A stretch of DNA of 63,586 nucleotides, counting the filler, from Asterionella formosa (lineage: Eukaryota): assembly GCA_002256025.1 (NCBI GenBank). It is 5 parts of 5 records of this genome, joined end to end, with 100 filler letters (N's around TTAATTAATTAA, not from the genome) between each part and the next. Parts side by side here need not be neighbours in the genome. Positions count along the whole stretch, not along the records: positions 28,983 to 57,848 come from NKIB01001125.1; 4 more parts are not named here. One strand, written 5' to 3'. Below, one piece after another: positions 38,534 through 51,860 of the stretch (the stretch's first letter is position 1; each line of letters starts with the position of its first letter). The position numbers were made by a program, and so were the translations under genes. Under the pieces are notes generated by a model. It saw only the letters and a program-made list of their open reading frames with translations. It ran no database searches and was not told the DNA's origin.

Positions 38534-38604
38534 GCACCACTGGTTTAGTGGTAAAATCCAACGTTGCCATCGTTGGGCCCCGTGTTCGATTCACGGGTGG
38601 TGCA
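38534..38604 (+). tRNA. trnG-GCC: tRNA-Gly (GCC)
   Basis: 71-nt cloverleaf with acceptor stem GCACCAC/GTGGTGC, anticodon arm CAACG-TTGCCAT-CGTTG and T-loop GTTCGATTC. Confidence 0.97.
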
Positions 38605-41190
38605 GACATATAACCTTTGGTTACTGAAAATCATCATTTTGGATGCTGGTACTATTTTGTTGTTGTTCACATTAATTTTTGTTACCATTTCCATTTGGAA
38701 GTGGTTCCAAATACGGTAAGTACCAGTATCAAATGTTCATACTTGAACATTGCACTAGTATGTCACCTACTTGAAAGATGCAGTAAAAAATGATACTTAG
38801 ATGAAAATATTTAATTTAGCTTGTTCATCATTTGCTATAGAGTAAACTATGTTTTGACTTATTTAGTGCACGATTTTTTGAGACCCCTCTTTTGAGATGA
38901 CCATGATGGTTTCATCAGATGAACAGCAATGAAATACTCCTTCAATGGAAGCCACTATTCTAACTACAGCTGCAATTAGTTTAGCTAATAGAGGCTATTA
39001 TTATGGTTGACATGATTTGTTATGTATATGAATTAGCTAGAGCAATGATCGATTGAAATTGATACAGTGTACAAGTAACAGTAATTAAGACAGAGGAGCC
39101 ACCATCATGAGTGAAGCTGAGATGAAGAATGAACAAAAAATGCATTGGTGATGGTCCTCCTGCTCAATTGTTTCAATCTTTCACTAATTTACATAGGAAT
39201 TTACTACATTTTTTAGCCAATTATAAAGGCGAAAATAATAAGGACTAGTCTATATCAAAACAGAGCAGAAAGGAATTCAAAGGTAGTCAAGCTACATATG
39301 TTTCCGGGTTCCCCTTTGGGGAATTGTTAGGTAAAAGGCATCATCACCATGGAGAAGCAGCAAACGTCCACAGAGGGTCATGACAATATTACTAAACAAC
39401 CAACATCATTGGCAACACATCCTACTACTGCAAAGGTGACAAAACGAGCGAAGCAAGGCAACAGAAGTAAAACCAAGAAAAATACAAGCAATGAACGCAA
39501 ACAGCTATTAATGAGATGATGTGGAAAGTTCGGTCGCACCAAGAATGGCGGCATTTGAGGCGAAGCTTGCAAAAGCAAGAGAAATGGCTCTTAACTACAA
39601 AACAAAACAACAACAAGCAAGATGACCCCCTTATCGACCAAATATCAGGTATTTGGTCGATTACATTTCGACCATAGCCAAACAAAGGAAGCGTTTCTAT
39701 TGGTCTAGATTATGGTTGCGCCGGCAATATAACGTCGACTAAAAAATTGATCCACAAAGGCTTGCTAAACTTAAGTACAAATACCTTTGAATAATACCGG
39801 CAGCTATCTACAAAACAATCTCATGCATAAAATATGATATCTTTCTGAATGTTTTCCTTCAAGTTTTGGAAGGTCCCAATGAGAGATCTTCATCCATTGG
39901 CGTCAAAGCAGGATGCTACATGAGTAGGAGCAGCAGCAGCAGGAGCAGCAGCCAATGAGGATGATTCATCTTCGGTTTCAGACAAGACCTAAGTTGGATT
40001 ATTTTGGCGCTGTCAAGAGCGGCAATCGATAGCGATGTGCGAGTTTCGTCAAGGAAGAATTGTTCCTCGTATACCATGATGTGTCGTCATTGGCAGACTG
40101 CTGCATGTCCCTGGCTAGTATCGATATCTTTTTCCCTTGCCTGCAGATCAACATTATGCTCAAGTTTGCTCAGCATTATGTGAAATTATACCATGCGTAT
40201 ATTGTGTACCAGCTTACAGTGTCAATGGTCGATTAGCTAATCAGCTGAAGAATTAAAAAAAGGATCCGAGAGAGTTGCGCCATTTAACGAAGGGCTTCAC
40301 GCCAATAAAGGCAATGTTGTTTAATGGAACAAAATGAAGGAGGGATTAGGTGTGATCCAATTGCATCTCAATAATTCAAATGCTTCCAGTACTCCACTGT
40401 CCCACCTGTCATCCACCACTGATAATTTTGATGTAGTAGATGATTCCAAATGAAGGAAAAATAATATAGATTACATGTCAATGCTAGTATGATTGATCAG
40501 AAAGCTATCACTCTAGGTAATTGGAAAAACGGAAGGGTTTTTCTATTCTAGAATACCAATATACAAATACATAGTCATATTAGTTTTTGATGGGCAGTTT
40601 AGATAGTAGGCGTAGTAGTACTAGCTGCGTAAGAATAAGGAATTTACATGAAATCTGATGCTACTAATTTTCAAAAAACTACTGATACAGACTAGCCAAG
40701 TGACTTCATTTGATCCTCTGCCTCCTCCTTCGGTTGCCTTTTCTCGTTTTCTTCTTGTATATGTACAACCGGTATGTACAGAAGTGCATGTGTGGACGTC
40801 ATCTGATGAGTCGCTATCATTGCTCATTTCATTAGGCAGATATGTATGAGTACCCTGGTACCCCACACCAGACAGTCCCATCATTTTTTTATTGGTAGTA
40901 ATCGGGTTTACCAATATAACAATAAACATGTAACAACATTCTACTAGTACTGTAGTGCTATTTCTATTTGCTAAAAAGTTCGGCACGAGATTTCACAATT
41001 ATAGGATTTGGTTGACGCAGTGATGCAGTGGGAAAAACTATGAAAATTTTGACTATTGATAAAAATTTCTTGACCAAGTGACGTGTATAAATATTTTCAA
41101 ATGCAATTGGCTTTGCTATTTGGTAGATGCAGGTGGAGATATCAATGAAAGCCATTTTTGCGGTCCAAAAAATAGAAATGCCAAAAATTC

Positions 41191-41261
41191 TGCACCACCC
41201 GTGAATCGAACACGGGGCCCAACGATGGCAACGTTGGATTTTACCACTAAACCAGTGGTGC
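41191..41261 (-). tRNA. trnG-GCC: tRNA-Gly (GCC), identical second copy
   Basis: Exact reverse complement of 38534-38604, followed on its own strand by T5/T6 Pol III terminator runs. Confidence 0.97.
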
Positions 41262-42062
41262 TTTGGGATGGTAACCAGTCCGCTGATTTTAATATAATAA
41301 TACCCTTATTTGTAAATTAATTTCCAAAGTCATTGACTGCCCTGCCGTGAGTTCTATTTAGCGGTACCAGGTACCCTGGTACCAGGTACCAGGTGCCTGG
41401 TTCTGTAGCTACGCACTACTTTGGTTGACGACCACGTAGGAGTAATTCACAGTAAGACAGTAAGTGGTGTCTCTCTGCTGTAACTTTCATAAGGCAGTGA
41501 CGACCGCAATTAGCAATATTCGATCAGATATAGAAGACTAGTTGCTGCTCCGGAGTTCAGATGAAAAGGGAAATCATGATATGGACTAGATAGATTAGTA
41601 GACGTAGACTATTGATTACATGTCCCGGAAGGAACAATGTAGTACTGGTAACCTGGTACCAGTACCGGATTAGTTATTTTTTGTTGATGTTTGTGACTGG
41701 CTACCAATAGTTCGTTGGGCAGGTCAAAGTATCGGAATTTCTGCTCCCAGGTAGCCTCAAGTTCCCTTTTCTAAATCAACGGGACCCTAAATGTATCTAC
41801 GGCCTACCCGACCTTTGCAATCACTGGATCAAACCAGGGATGTATCATGAATGACGGGACTGGATCGAGCAACATTTGCAACCTTACGGAGTAGCTGTGA
41901 GTATGCATCACCACTCTGGCTACTATCGCTTATCGTTGAAAGCATTCACCTGCAACTTGACGGTAATGAGTCATTTTAGAACAATTCCGATACACATCTA
42001 GCAGCATTTAGTTACTTGTTCTCTATCAAATAAAACTTCACACCGATCCAAAGGCCCAAGCC

Positions 42063-43964
42063 TTAAGTTGATGTTCGCCTCTCAAATCCACGTGCTGATG
42101 AACTCCTTAAGATTTCAGCTTCAGTACTATTAATAGTCCCCCTTCTTGACGGAGGTTGCGGTTGTCTCTGTCTCTGCATATCATCCACCGATGTACCAGT
42201 TGCTATTGTCGATCGAAACTGTCGATTACAAGTTGCAGGTCGGCGCCGACCCGTCGCCTCTGCACCAGGATTTCCAGATTGACGCGCTCTGGAAGCAGAA
42301 GCCGATCGACGATCAGTTGCGCGAGGAAATTGGTTGCTTCCCCCGTGGCCGCTTATGTTCGTTAACGGATCAAATTCCTCTGGTTCACCCTTACTGAGCT
42401 TAGCCCGCCAAGTCTTGCATTGGGATCGAATATTGTGAGATGGAATGAGTCGGCGGGATGGAATAGGTTCGCCAGTCAGCGGAGATGATGGATTCTGGTC
42501 CTCGGAAAACCTTGAATACCAAGCTTCGATAGCAGCTCGTTCATACGTGTGACCATCCATTGCAGTAACTGGGTCTTCCATCAAGTCACCTGTAATACAG
42601 CAACATAATTCACTCGGCGCTTCTTGTTCCTCTATCTTCACAACTCCTTCTGGGGTAAAGGAGCCACTCATTTCCACTCGTTTTTGAATTTGCAACAACG
42701 TCTCCTGCCGTTCATGAGCAGCTTCCAACAAAGCGTCATCTCGTTCCTTCTCTGCTTTTTCGATCTGCTCCTCAATTTTGAGTCGTTCTTTGTCAATTGT
42801 TGCCAATCGTTCCTTCAAGGCAACTACCGTACGATCATACATTTCGTTGGCCTGGCATTTGGCCATGTCATAAATCTTAATGATCTTTGCTGTATCATTG
42901 TAAATATCATCTAGCAATGGACTCATCACTGTCCCTGCCATAGTCGAGATCACATCGTCTGGAGTAGCAGAGGGCACAGTATCTTGTAACTTGTCCAAAA
43001 AATGGTCCAGTGACTGAGTGGGTCCTTCACAGAACGGAATTCGAAGCACTTCCACTGTATCCAAATGCTTCCCACCAATTGTACGCCCACCAATCACAAC
43101 CACTAAATTTTGGATTGCAGCAGCAGCGCAACCAAATCGTTTTGCTCCCATCGATGGCGCTTCCTTCCAAGTTTTCGTTTCCAAATCCAACATTTCCACA
43201 GTTTGCAACGGTGAAGCGCTCGTCTCCCCTCCTCCGAGAACGAAAACGCAATTCCCCACTATCACACAGGCGCTTGCATCACGTTTCTGTTTCATGCTAG
43301 GAAGTCGAGTCCAGATTTGAGTGCTCAAATCCAAGCACTCCACTGACGATCTGCATCCTCGCGCCTTTCCAGAAGTGGTATGCCCCCCAAGCACCATGAC
43401 AGTTGAACCAACCGCTACCGCCGAACATCCGGCCCTGGGAGTTCTCATTTCCGGCAAAAAGTGCCACTGCTTGGCTGAGAAATCCAAGACTTCCACTGTA
43501 TCGACTGCTGTTTCCCCATCCTTCCACCCACCCAGGACAACCACTCGCTTTCCCAGGACAGTTACTGCCGCACAACCTGCTCGTGGCATTTGCATCGGAG
43601 CGATCCGATGCCACCGTTGAGTCGACAAATCCAGGTATTCTACCGTATTAAGATATTTGCGACCCCTTTGAAAGCCACCAACCACAACGACTGCATTGTG
43701 CTGTTCTAAATGAACGGCGGCACACCCCATGCGGGCTGTCTTCATGGGAGGATAATCACTCCATGCTTTGGTTGTAAGGTCGAGAACAGCACATGACTTA
43801 AGAAATTTCTCTTCGCTGTGATATCCACCAACAACTAAGACTTTATTCCCCGGAATGGCAACTGCAGATCCACCTTCCCGTTGAGAGTGCATAGTCGGGA
43901 AATTTGTCCAGCTGGCATCGTCAATTAAATTGAGATCGACTCTCGCTTTAGTCACGGTAGGCAT
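42063..43964 (-). CDS. Kelch-repeat / coiled-coil / U-box protein (putative E3 ligase)
   Basis: Six Kelch repeats (R.G...V.GG...VE.LD...W), a helical charged segment and a U-box (PSELCCCITGDLMEDPVTAMDGHTYERAAIEAW...SPLTGEP...LIPSHNIRSQC). Confidence 0.92.
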   Translation of the reverse strand: MPTVTKARVDLNLIDDASWTNFPTMHSQREGGSAVAIPGNKVLVVGGYHSEEKFLKSCAVLDLTTKAWSDYPPMKTARMGCAAVHLEQHNAVVVVGGFQRGRKYLNTVEYLDLSTQRWHRIAPMQMPRAGCAAVTVLGKRVVVLGGWKDGETAVDTVEVLDFSAKQWHFLPEMRTPRAGCSAVAVGSTVMVLGGHTTSGKARGCRSSVECLDLSTQIWTRLPSMKQKRDASACVIVGNCVFVLGGGETSASPLQTVEMLDLETKTWKEAPSMGAKRFGCAAAAIQNLVVVIGGRTIGGKHLDTVEVLRIPFCEGPTQSLDHFLDKLQDTVPSATPDDVISTMAGTVMSPLLDDIYNDTAKIIKIYDMAKCQANEMYDRTVVALKERLATIDKERLKIEEQIEKAEKERDDALLEAAHERQETLLQIQKRVEMSGSFTPEGVVKIEEQEAPSELCCCITGDLMEDPVTAMDGHTYERAAIEAWYSRFSEDQNPSSPLTGEPIPSRRLIPSHNIRSQCKTWRAKLSKGEPEEFDPLTNISGHGGSNQFPRATDRRSASASRARQSGNPGAEATGRRRPATCNRQFRSTIATGTSVDDMQRQRQPQPPSRRGTINSTEAEILRSSSARGFERRTST

Positions 43965-46490
43965 GCTTTCTTGGATTGAGCAACGGGATCCAATGTGCGA
44001 AAAATTTTAGGTAGCTTGCAGCGATTGGTTGAGGACTGCAGTCAAAATTATGCCCTGACCTATAAGCAAGAAGGCCAAATATTAGAAATGAAATAAGGGG
44101 CAACACTGCAGGCCGTCGAATTCCCGTTGCGTATGCCGCCTTATCGCAATGGCTTCTGATTTTCCGAAAACGATTGTACAGAACAGCTAAACAGAAGCAT
44201 ATATCTTCAATGAACAATGCTTCCACTGCAATGTAAACACAAAGAGGTGTGTTGTACGATAATCAATGGCTTCATGCGATTTTATGATCACTTGATGTCG
44301 CTACCTCAGGTTACACTACCTGGTAGTCTACCAGTAACAAAAATGTAGGAGCATACCGGTACTCAGCACTCAACCAGGTACTCCATCAAAAGAATACCAG
44401 GCACTCCTGGTACCTGGTACCAGGTACCAGTGTTTCCTTTTGCATGTACCACCCTGGCACCGGTCGACGACATGATAGCAGTACTTGGGGTCATCATCAA
44501 ATCAGGTGCAAACAAGTACTGGTATGCAACAGGAACGGTACCGGTACTGTGTTCTATTTAGAGGACCGGTACGACCTAAATTCCAGTATTAAATTTCATG
44601 TTAATTAATTTCATAGTTCGGTTCTGTTAAAGAACTCGTCATTGTGGTAGAGGGTGTGAAGTCGCACTTGGCGCCCGAGGACGTTCCAGTTCCGGTAGTG
44701 CAGGTTTTATGCGCACTTTTTCATTGTCGACTCACTCCCAATGATTTGTCCCATGCCTACCGGAATGGTTAGGCTGGCTTTCTATTCCAAGCTCTCTCTT
44801 AAGTAACCTTCTTGCCGTTAAATATCATTGAGTAAATCCTAGTCAGCGTCTTTGATAATCATCATTGAAATCCTTTTTCAAGTACTTCTACAGCTGATAG
44901 TACTCAGGTACCAGTATACCGGTATACTGGAAGGCAGCAAATTCAATTCGTAGCCAGCAAGTTCAATTCGCAGTCAGCAATTTCTACCTAGTCATAATCA
45001 GCAAGTTCTAGTCATTGTCAGCAAATTTCTAATCAGTACTTGTAAACAAAAGAGTAATTTTTTTAAAAATATCAACGGATTATTAATTGATACCGGTATA
45101 TTGTTACATAGAGAATCAAACAAAATTTGGTTCAACCAACAGATTACCATGGTGTATCATAATCAATCTCTTTTACCATATCTTGCCCCTCTGACCCTCC
45201 AACCACCACTCTTGACCCCCTTCACTCCTCCACACTTGCCGCTTTGTTCAACAACAACAAGAATTGCTCGTCTCATCCCTCTACTCCAAATGACACCTCC
45301 ACCAACAACTTCCTTGATACTACTGCCAGCTCACTTTTATACCTTGGCACATGAATAGACTACTAACCCTTTTCGCAATCACCCTTGATTACTCTACAAT
45401 GAATATCATGGCTTGAGGAACTCAGTAACCCCTCTTTTCATTCAATGCAAAACTGTGGTGGGAGAAAGTATGAACCCCAGATGCAATCTTTCCTCCTTGA
45501 CTGAAGATTCTCCCTGATTTCTTCATTATAGTCTGACTGAGCAACGCATTTGTGAAGCTTTTGGGAAAATCTAAGTGCAAGTACCATGCGAAGCCATGAT
45601 AACAACCTCATTTGATCAGTTGCCATTTTGACAAACAAGACGTTCGCTTTGCTCATTACTTGGGACTTGACATTAACTCAACCTTACTACTGCCTTGTAC
45701 CAAATGCTTCTCATATATCCCTGTAGAGTCAACTTCCATCCCATTGGTCTTGATTCTTGATTGCCTTTCTAGTACCTTCGTTTGTTTGACTTGACTTGAT
45801 GTACAGGTGGAAAACAAACTAGTTGACATTCTTTATCGTTGTTCTAGAAGAATCATATATTTAATGTAGTTGCTCCCATTTGTCAATGAGCAAGTCGCCT
45901 ACTTGTTGAGATAGAGTAAAATCAATACCATGCACTAGTCCTTGATGATTTTCTGATGTTTGATGCATTCTCCTTGATGACAATAGATAAGCTAGTAGAC
46001 AAGGCTGCTACTCTACCACTACTAGGTAATTGATCAGTACATTGTGAGGAGCAATATGAACTTACAGTATCAATTTTATTGATAAAAGTATCTGGAACAT
46101 GTTTTATTGTGTTCTCCATCCCAAAACCCCAGGAAAATGACTCACTTAAGTTCAAAAATTTGAGTGGTTACTGAATATACTTTGAAGCATTAGCTGGGAA
46201 GGCTTGGATAGTAAATCTGGACTATGTTTCATTGTGTTCCCCATACATAAAATCCAGGGGAATGACTCACCTTGGTTCAATGGTTTGTTTGACTGGCTGC
46301 TGAACATGCTTTGAGGCCTCAGGACTAAAGATAGTTTCACTCGAATCCTCACAACTATAAAAACCAGCACCAGGAGAGGATTCAGCCAGTGCATCCTGTA
46401 CCAGTTTCAGAGATTGCCTACCTGATGTTTTATTGCTCCAATGCAAAAAAAGTCATACCCGGTTTCACAAGCAGAACAAATGCACTATAA

Positions 46491-48265
46491 TTACACTGTG
46501 CCCCTTGACTTCAATCTATCTCGCAATGCATGAGCATCAATATTCTGATCATTAGGCTTGCACATCAGGTAAATAAAGGTCAGCACGGATAACGCTAAAA
46601 GGGCATAGACAAAGATGTTGTTCACCCAAAACCAGGCGAAGAATTGCAGATTCTCAACCTGAATTCCAAATATTTGTCGAATCGACGAATTGACAGCATA
46701 ATCTTTGAATGCATTTGTACAGAATTGAACAACTGGAAGGGCACAGAGAAGCACAAGGGCAATGTTGAACATGAACGAGGACATGTACGTGGCTCCAAGC
46801 TTCATGGGATGGACGTGAAAAAACAAAAAGCGAAGGCCGAACTTGAAGCATCCTTTGATAGCACATATCAAAAGATAATATGAAAAAATAGCAACTGATA
46901 AGGTCCCAAATAGAGGAAAGAAATTGTCGAAGAATGCAAAGTAATTGTTGAGAAAGGGTGTAATTGGGTTTGGTGGGATCATGTAGATACAAATATGGAG
47001 TATCCAAACGAATGATATGATCGCTGCACACATGCCTAGAATGAGCGAAATATAAGGCAAGAGTGGATTGTACTTTTCCATGCTAGATGATGCAGCAGTA
47101 AAGTCTTCCACGTCCTTCTCCAAGATATAGACAGCGGCCTTGAATTCCTTTAAGGTTCTTTGGTCATTCGCGTTTGCCTTTCGCTTCTCAGCAGAGAAAA
47201 AAGACCCGAATCCACCCGTCGTCGGTGCCGCAATCTTGGATCGCTCTTCCCTTTCTTTCTTGATATCTTCTCCAATATCCACCAAATCATTTACACGTTT
47301 CTGAATTGACTCTGTCGCACGTGCAAAATCTTCAGGTGACATATGTTTGGGTCGTCCAGTAAATGACCTAATCAAATCCATAGGAATCGCTGCTAAACCA
47401 ATTCCTCCAAAAAGAGCGAAAAAGAACCATCCTATAAAGGCCATGAGTCCTGCATAAAATGTAGCTGGACCGACATTCAGTTTCAAAATCTCAAAGCCTG
47501 TTTGTGCCACCACAAATTCTAAAAGAATGGCATCATTTTGGTTCATATCCATCAATTGATTCGATGAGAATGGCAAAGGCATACCAGTCGTTGCATTTAT
47601 GACTGGTTCAGTCTGATAAACGACCCCAGAGGGTATAGCATCTTGATACAACATACCGCCAGTGTAGGTTTTGATGGGAATCTTCGTCTCTCGCAAAAAG
47701 AGAAACGTCAACGCAAAGATCAAGCCCACAATAATGTCAACAACTGCAAGACTACAGAGAGCTTGTAAGATCCGCGATCTCTTCACCGGGTTTTCACCAG
47801 TCACACTAGCAATGAGCAGACCATCATCGGCTTCGTAATAAAATGTGGAAAACGGAATCAGGACGAAGACGAAAATTGGAATCAACCAAAAGAAAACGGT
47901 CCAAAAGAGATCCATATTCAGGCCTCCACATAATTTTGTGTCGTATCCGTCGCATCCTGCGTTCCGTTAAAATTTATTGGCGGTAAAAGGGTTAGAATAA
48001 AGTAATACATGGTTCGTCCATCAGAAGCATGTAGCTCCCGGTATTGTTTCTACGCACCCGGAAAGCCTTCGTTATTGGCAACATCGAGAGGCAGCAGCAA
48101 GACGGTTGCACCAGCGAGGACGAAGCCGCAAACGACAACAAATTTCGGAAAGTATGCATCGTTCGAATCGTCCGGATGTTGATAATAGACCAACAAGTAA
48201 AATCCGGTGATAAAGAGAATCAAAAACGTAACTACAGTAGTCACAATGAGAAAGATATCGGCCAT
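46491..48265 (-). CDS. LMBR1/LIMR-family membrane protein (~557 aa), 2 exons
   Basis: Exon 1 has YLLVYYQHPDDSNDAYFPK...LLPLDVAN. Intron 48057-47957. Exon 2 has IPFSTFYYEADD, FGGIGLAAIPMDLI and HPMKLGATYMSSFMFN. Confidence 0.93.
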
Positions 48266-51200
48266 GGTTGACGTGAAGCGTTGAATGCTTTGATCCTGAA
48301 AGAAATTATTCGTTGCAAATTTTGGTACATGTGTGCTTGACTATACTACTGGTACCAGGTACCAGCAAGTTGCGGTCAACATTTTAATCTGGGATAAAGA
48401 TAGCTAAATCTTTAGTTTCAGCAAAATTAGCGCAACTTGCAGGGTACCAGGGTACCTGGTACCATGGTGTTAAAGTGAGCTCATCTACATACCGGTGCCG
48501 GTACCGTAGTTATGACTCGGAGTCAAACGATTCGAATGAGTCAACTTGGATGTACCAAGCTCTCATCAACCACACATTATACCTTGTTACTCCAACTATA
48601 ATGAGCCGGAGTGACGATATAAGCTATTTCGGAAGACCGATAGTTTGAAAAATGAATGATCATGGTTAGAAACCTATGATCAGTAAGTGTGAGATAGACA
48701 TGGGTCTATCTATGATTGTATGTTTCTAGAAATGCAAACAGCATTTGGAGAATAGTTCGTTTGTTTGTTCAAACAGAACAACCTAAACTAGATTAGTAAA
48801 CTCACAATAAGAATATAGAAACGGAAAGAGAAACAAATGTCTCTATCTATAGTTTTCTTTGTCTAATGATGTGTACATCTAAGATGCCGTTTATGGCACT
48901 TTTTCGAATTTATGTCTAAAGTGACGTATTTATGCTACTTTTCTAAAATATTATGCTACTTTTTTGGGAATTTATTTGCGTCAAACCAAAATTTCTGTGT
49001 TCTCAAACAAAATTTGCGTCACTTATCGAATAATTATGTGATCAAACCAATAATTATGTGTGCTCGCAATAATATTTTCTTACCAATTAGCCGTTGCTAA
49101 AGTATGATGACGAAATTATGCTGCTTCGCGGCTATATTCTTGCGCTGGTTCCACCACATAACGAAATTAAGAGTTCCCAATATCAATTCAATTTTTATCG
49201 CTTTCACATTTTTCTTTGATATCAACTCTCAATGAACGCCGGTTACACATTTGTCGGCACTGATGCCTGCATCCACGACTACACAGATCACCGGTACAAT
49301 CAATCAATCCATCAATCAATTCTCATTTGATTCACATCTTTTGCTTCAACTAATCATTCTATTGTTATAGTCTTAGTCTTACGCTTTGTTCAGCTACAAT
49401 GAAAGTGTCAAGAACAAGATAGTTTTGCGTGTTCATCATTGTTGTTGTTATCAATTAAGCCACTCTAACATATTGTTTTTATATCTCCCCTATTTGCAGG
49501 AATCTTTGCTTGTCAGCCATCCTTGAATCAGCCAGAAACTACAATCAGCCAGATGCAAGTTTTACAGCAGCTAATGCTATCTTCTTTGGATAGCTAGAAG
49601 GTTGTGGGATAATGATTGGTGATACGAAAATGATTGGAAGATTGCCCACCACCACGCTAGCAAGCAAAGCAGTGATATCATCAGCGTGCTGTTCAACCAC
49701 TATTAGTAGTGTCACTAGCTAGTCATGTAATGTAAATAAAGTTCTGTTAGATACAACAAAAATTTTAATATTGCAATAGTATTTCCATTTTGCTTTGCTC
49801 ATTCACAGAAATTATAGTTGATAGTTGCGAACAAAAATCGCTGTCATTGATCCAGAAATTTATGTGATCAGAAATACAAAAATATTGTTAGTTGGCCCCA
49901 AAAATTATGTGATTTTCTAAAATAATTATTGAAGTCGTCGAAAATATTTTAGTTCACTCTTAACATATATGTTATGTGATGCCATATCCTTAAATTATGT
50001 ACGAAGCCAAATTCATCATATTGAGCCACCCAAATAATTAATTTGGGTGATCATATTTGATCAGCCTTTTTTTCTTGCAGCTGTACCAATAATAAGCGTT
50101 GTAGATGTATGTGATGATGCATAAAGGATATTCTAGTTATTTAGCTTACACACGTACGTAGTACTCAAAACAACCATCCATGGTTTCAGCTAAACTTTAA
50201 CGCTTACTTTGAACACATTATAATATTATCGCTGTAGACTCAGTATTATTCTTACGAGACCAGCATGGGAAATTATATCGTTCACATATTGATTGATTTT
50301 ACGCATGCCCGATTTCGTCCTCACAATTATCTTTCTCACTCTATCCTGCCTGCCGTTGCTCAATTCGGACTTGCCAAAGGAACTGTCGACTATCGTATGA
50401 GCCCATTATCTGCTGCGTGTTACGCTTGTTAGAGCGGATCGGTGAGTACAACAGTGAAACACTGAATGTGATAGTAGATAGTATGATTGTCGAATTTCCG
50501 ATTTGATTGCTTCCATGGTCTGTTCTAATCGCCTCCATCATTTTTTGTCATTCCGCACTGTCGTTTTGATTCGATTGTATCTATCTACAGAAGAACAAAT
50601 GCATTTATCAATAATTAATCTTTGAAGATGTGGTATTGTGCCGTTGTTGATCATATTTGTTGATTTGTTTAGTCATTGACAATGATGTCAATATTGCCGC
50701 CAAGCAATGCTTTTCTTGTACTATTGCGCTTTGCTACATTTCTACAACGAGTTTGTATCACAAGCTATGTAACAATACTCAGCTAGAGAGAGTCAATAGT
50801 GCTGGGGCAGCCTGGCGATCACGCTTGCTCAGAATGGAATGATCAGGGTTGCTTCTTTGGTGGGAGGAATGACTGTGGCGGAAATACTGCTACTGGTGTC
50901 AGGCTATTACTGCGATGTGCATGATTACAGCAACCAGATCATCTATGCTACATAACGATGCAGGTCTAAATTGGGTTGAGCTTTTTTCTTCTTCTTTCGG
51001 TCTTCGATTGTGTGGTGATGGAAAGTCAATGTTGCCTGTGTAAGTACTGCAATAGTCACAATGCATATGTCTCCATTGAAACTCCTATTTTTTACTTCAT
51101 TTCTAGTAACCCAAAACAATTTTTTCTATTTCTGATTTGACGCTACTTACTATTACATCGCATTTCATACTTTGGTTGCTCCAAACATAATGTTCAATTT

Positions 51201-51439
51201 TCGTTGATGTTGCATGTTACAATCATTCTCGTGTGTTTTACGCTTGTTGTACCATCTCCATGCATATTACCATAACTCTGTCTGTCATGCTAAAATCGTC
51301 AATTTTAATGCCGAAAAATTCGAGGTGCCCCATATTGCCCCTGAAAAAAAATTACTTATTGAATTACTTAGAGCCTAAAAATTACTTAGAAGTACCCAAA
51401 TGGCATAATGATAGCTGGAGCGGGAATCACTAGTAGTGC

Positions 51440-51860
51440 ACATCACAAACATCATGTATTGTCATATCAGCCACCCACAAGGCGTAAAACTCGCGCTATG
51501 TACTGATTGTCATGCAGGAGTATCTCCAGAAGGTAAACATGCAGTTTCTTGAAGGATCATATTATCGCCCTAGCATCGCATATATAGATGAAACAAAAAT
51601 TTATTTCGATATTCAGGCGGTGTCATGCTACTAGCTGATAAAGGTGTACAAGCCATCAATTTACGCGCCACTGGCAGCAGCATGCGTTATACAGTATTAT
51701 CGGGCGTTTCAATGTCTGGAGAGAAGCTTGCGCCTCTTGTTGTTTTCAAAGGAGTAACTGATGCCCAGGATCCAAAGGGAATTCACACAGTTTTCCTATC
51801 CTCAGGAAAATGGTTCATTGTTGTCAGGCAAAGGCATGGGGAAATGATTATGACGTGGTG
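51440..51860 (+). mobile_element. pogo/Tigger-like (DDE_1) transposase fragment
   Basis: IAYIDETKIYFD, a frameshift, then LADKG...TGSSMRYTVLSGVSMSGEKLAPLVVFKG, matching the first catalytic block of DDE_1 transposases. Confidence 0.8.

Noticed and set aside
38640..41150. Genes between the two tRNAs
   Set aside because: Only short, stop-riddled frames with no recognisable domain.
42146..43651. Antisense and alternate-frame ORFs overlapping real genes (also within the transporter, CTPS, VTC4 and RPL18)
   Set aside because: These are shadow ORFs of well-supported CDSs, with no independent evidence.
4470..43964. Ubiquitin-proteasome gene cluster (RING-H2, PSMA3, Kelch-U-box)
   Set aside because: The genes are far apart, separated by unrelated genes and gaps, and E3 ligases are abundant, so chance suffices.
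45100..46400. Short ORFs and a ~65-nt diverged duplication (~46090 and ~46217)
   Set aside because: No recognisable protein; probably decayed repeat DNA of little significance.
51420..51440. CACTAGTAGTG as a CACTA transposon end
   Set aside because: A short near-palindrome with no partner terminus found in the window.
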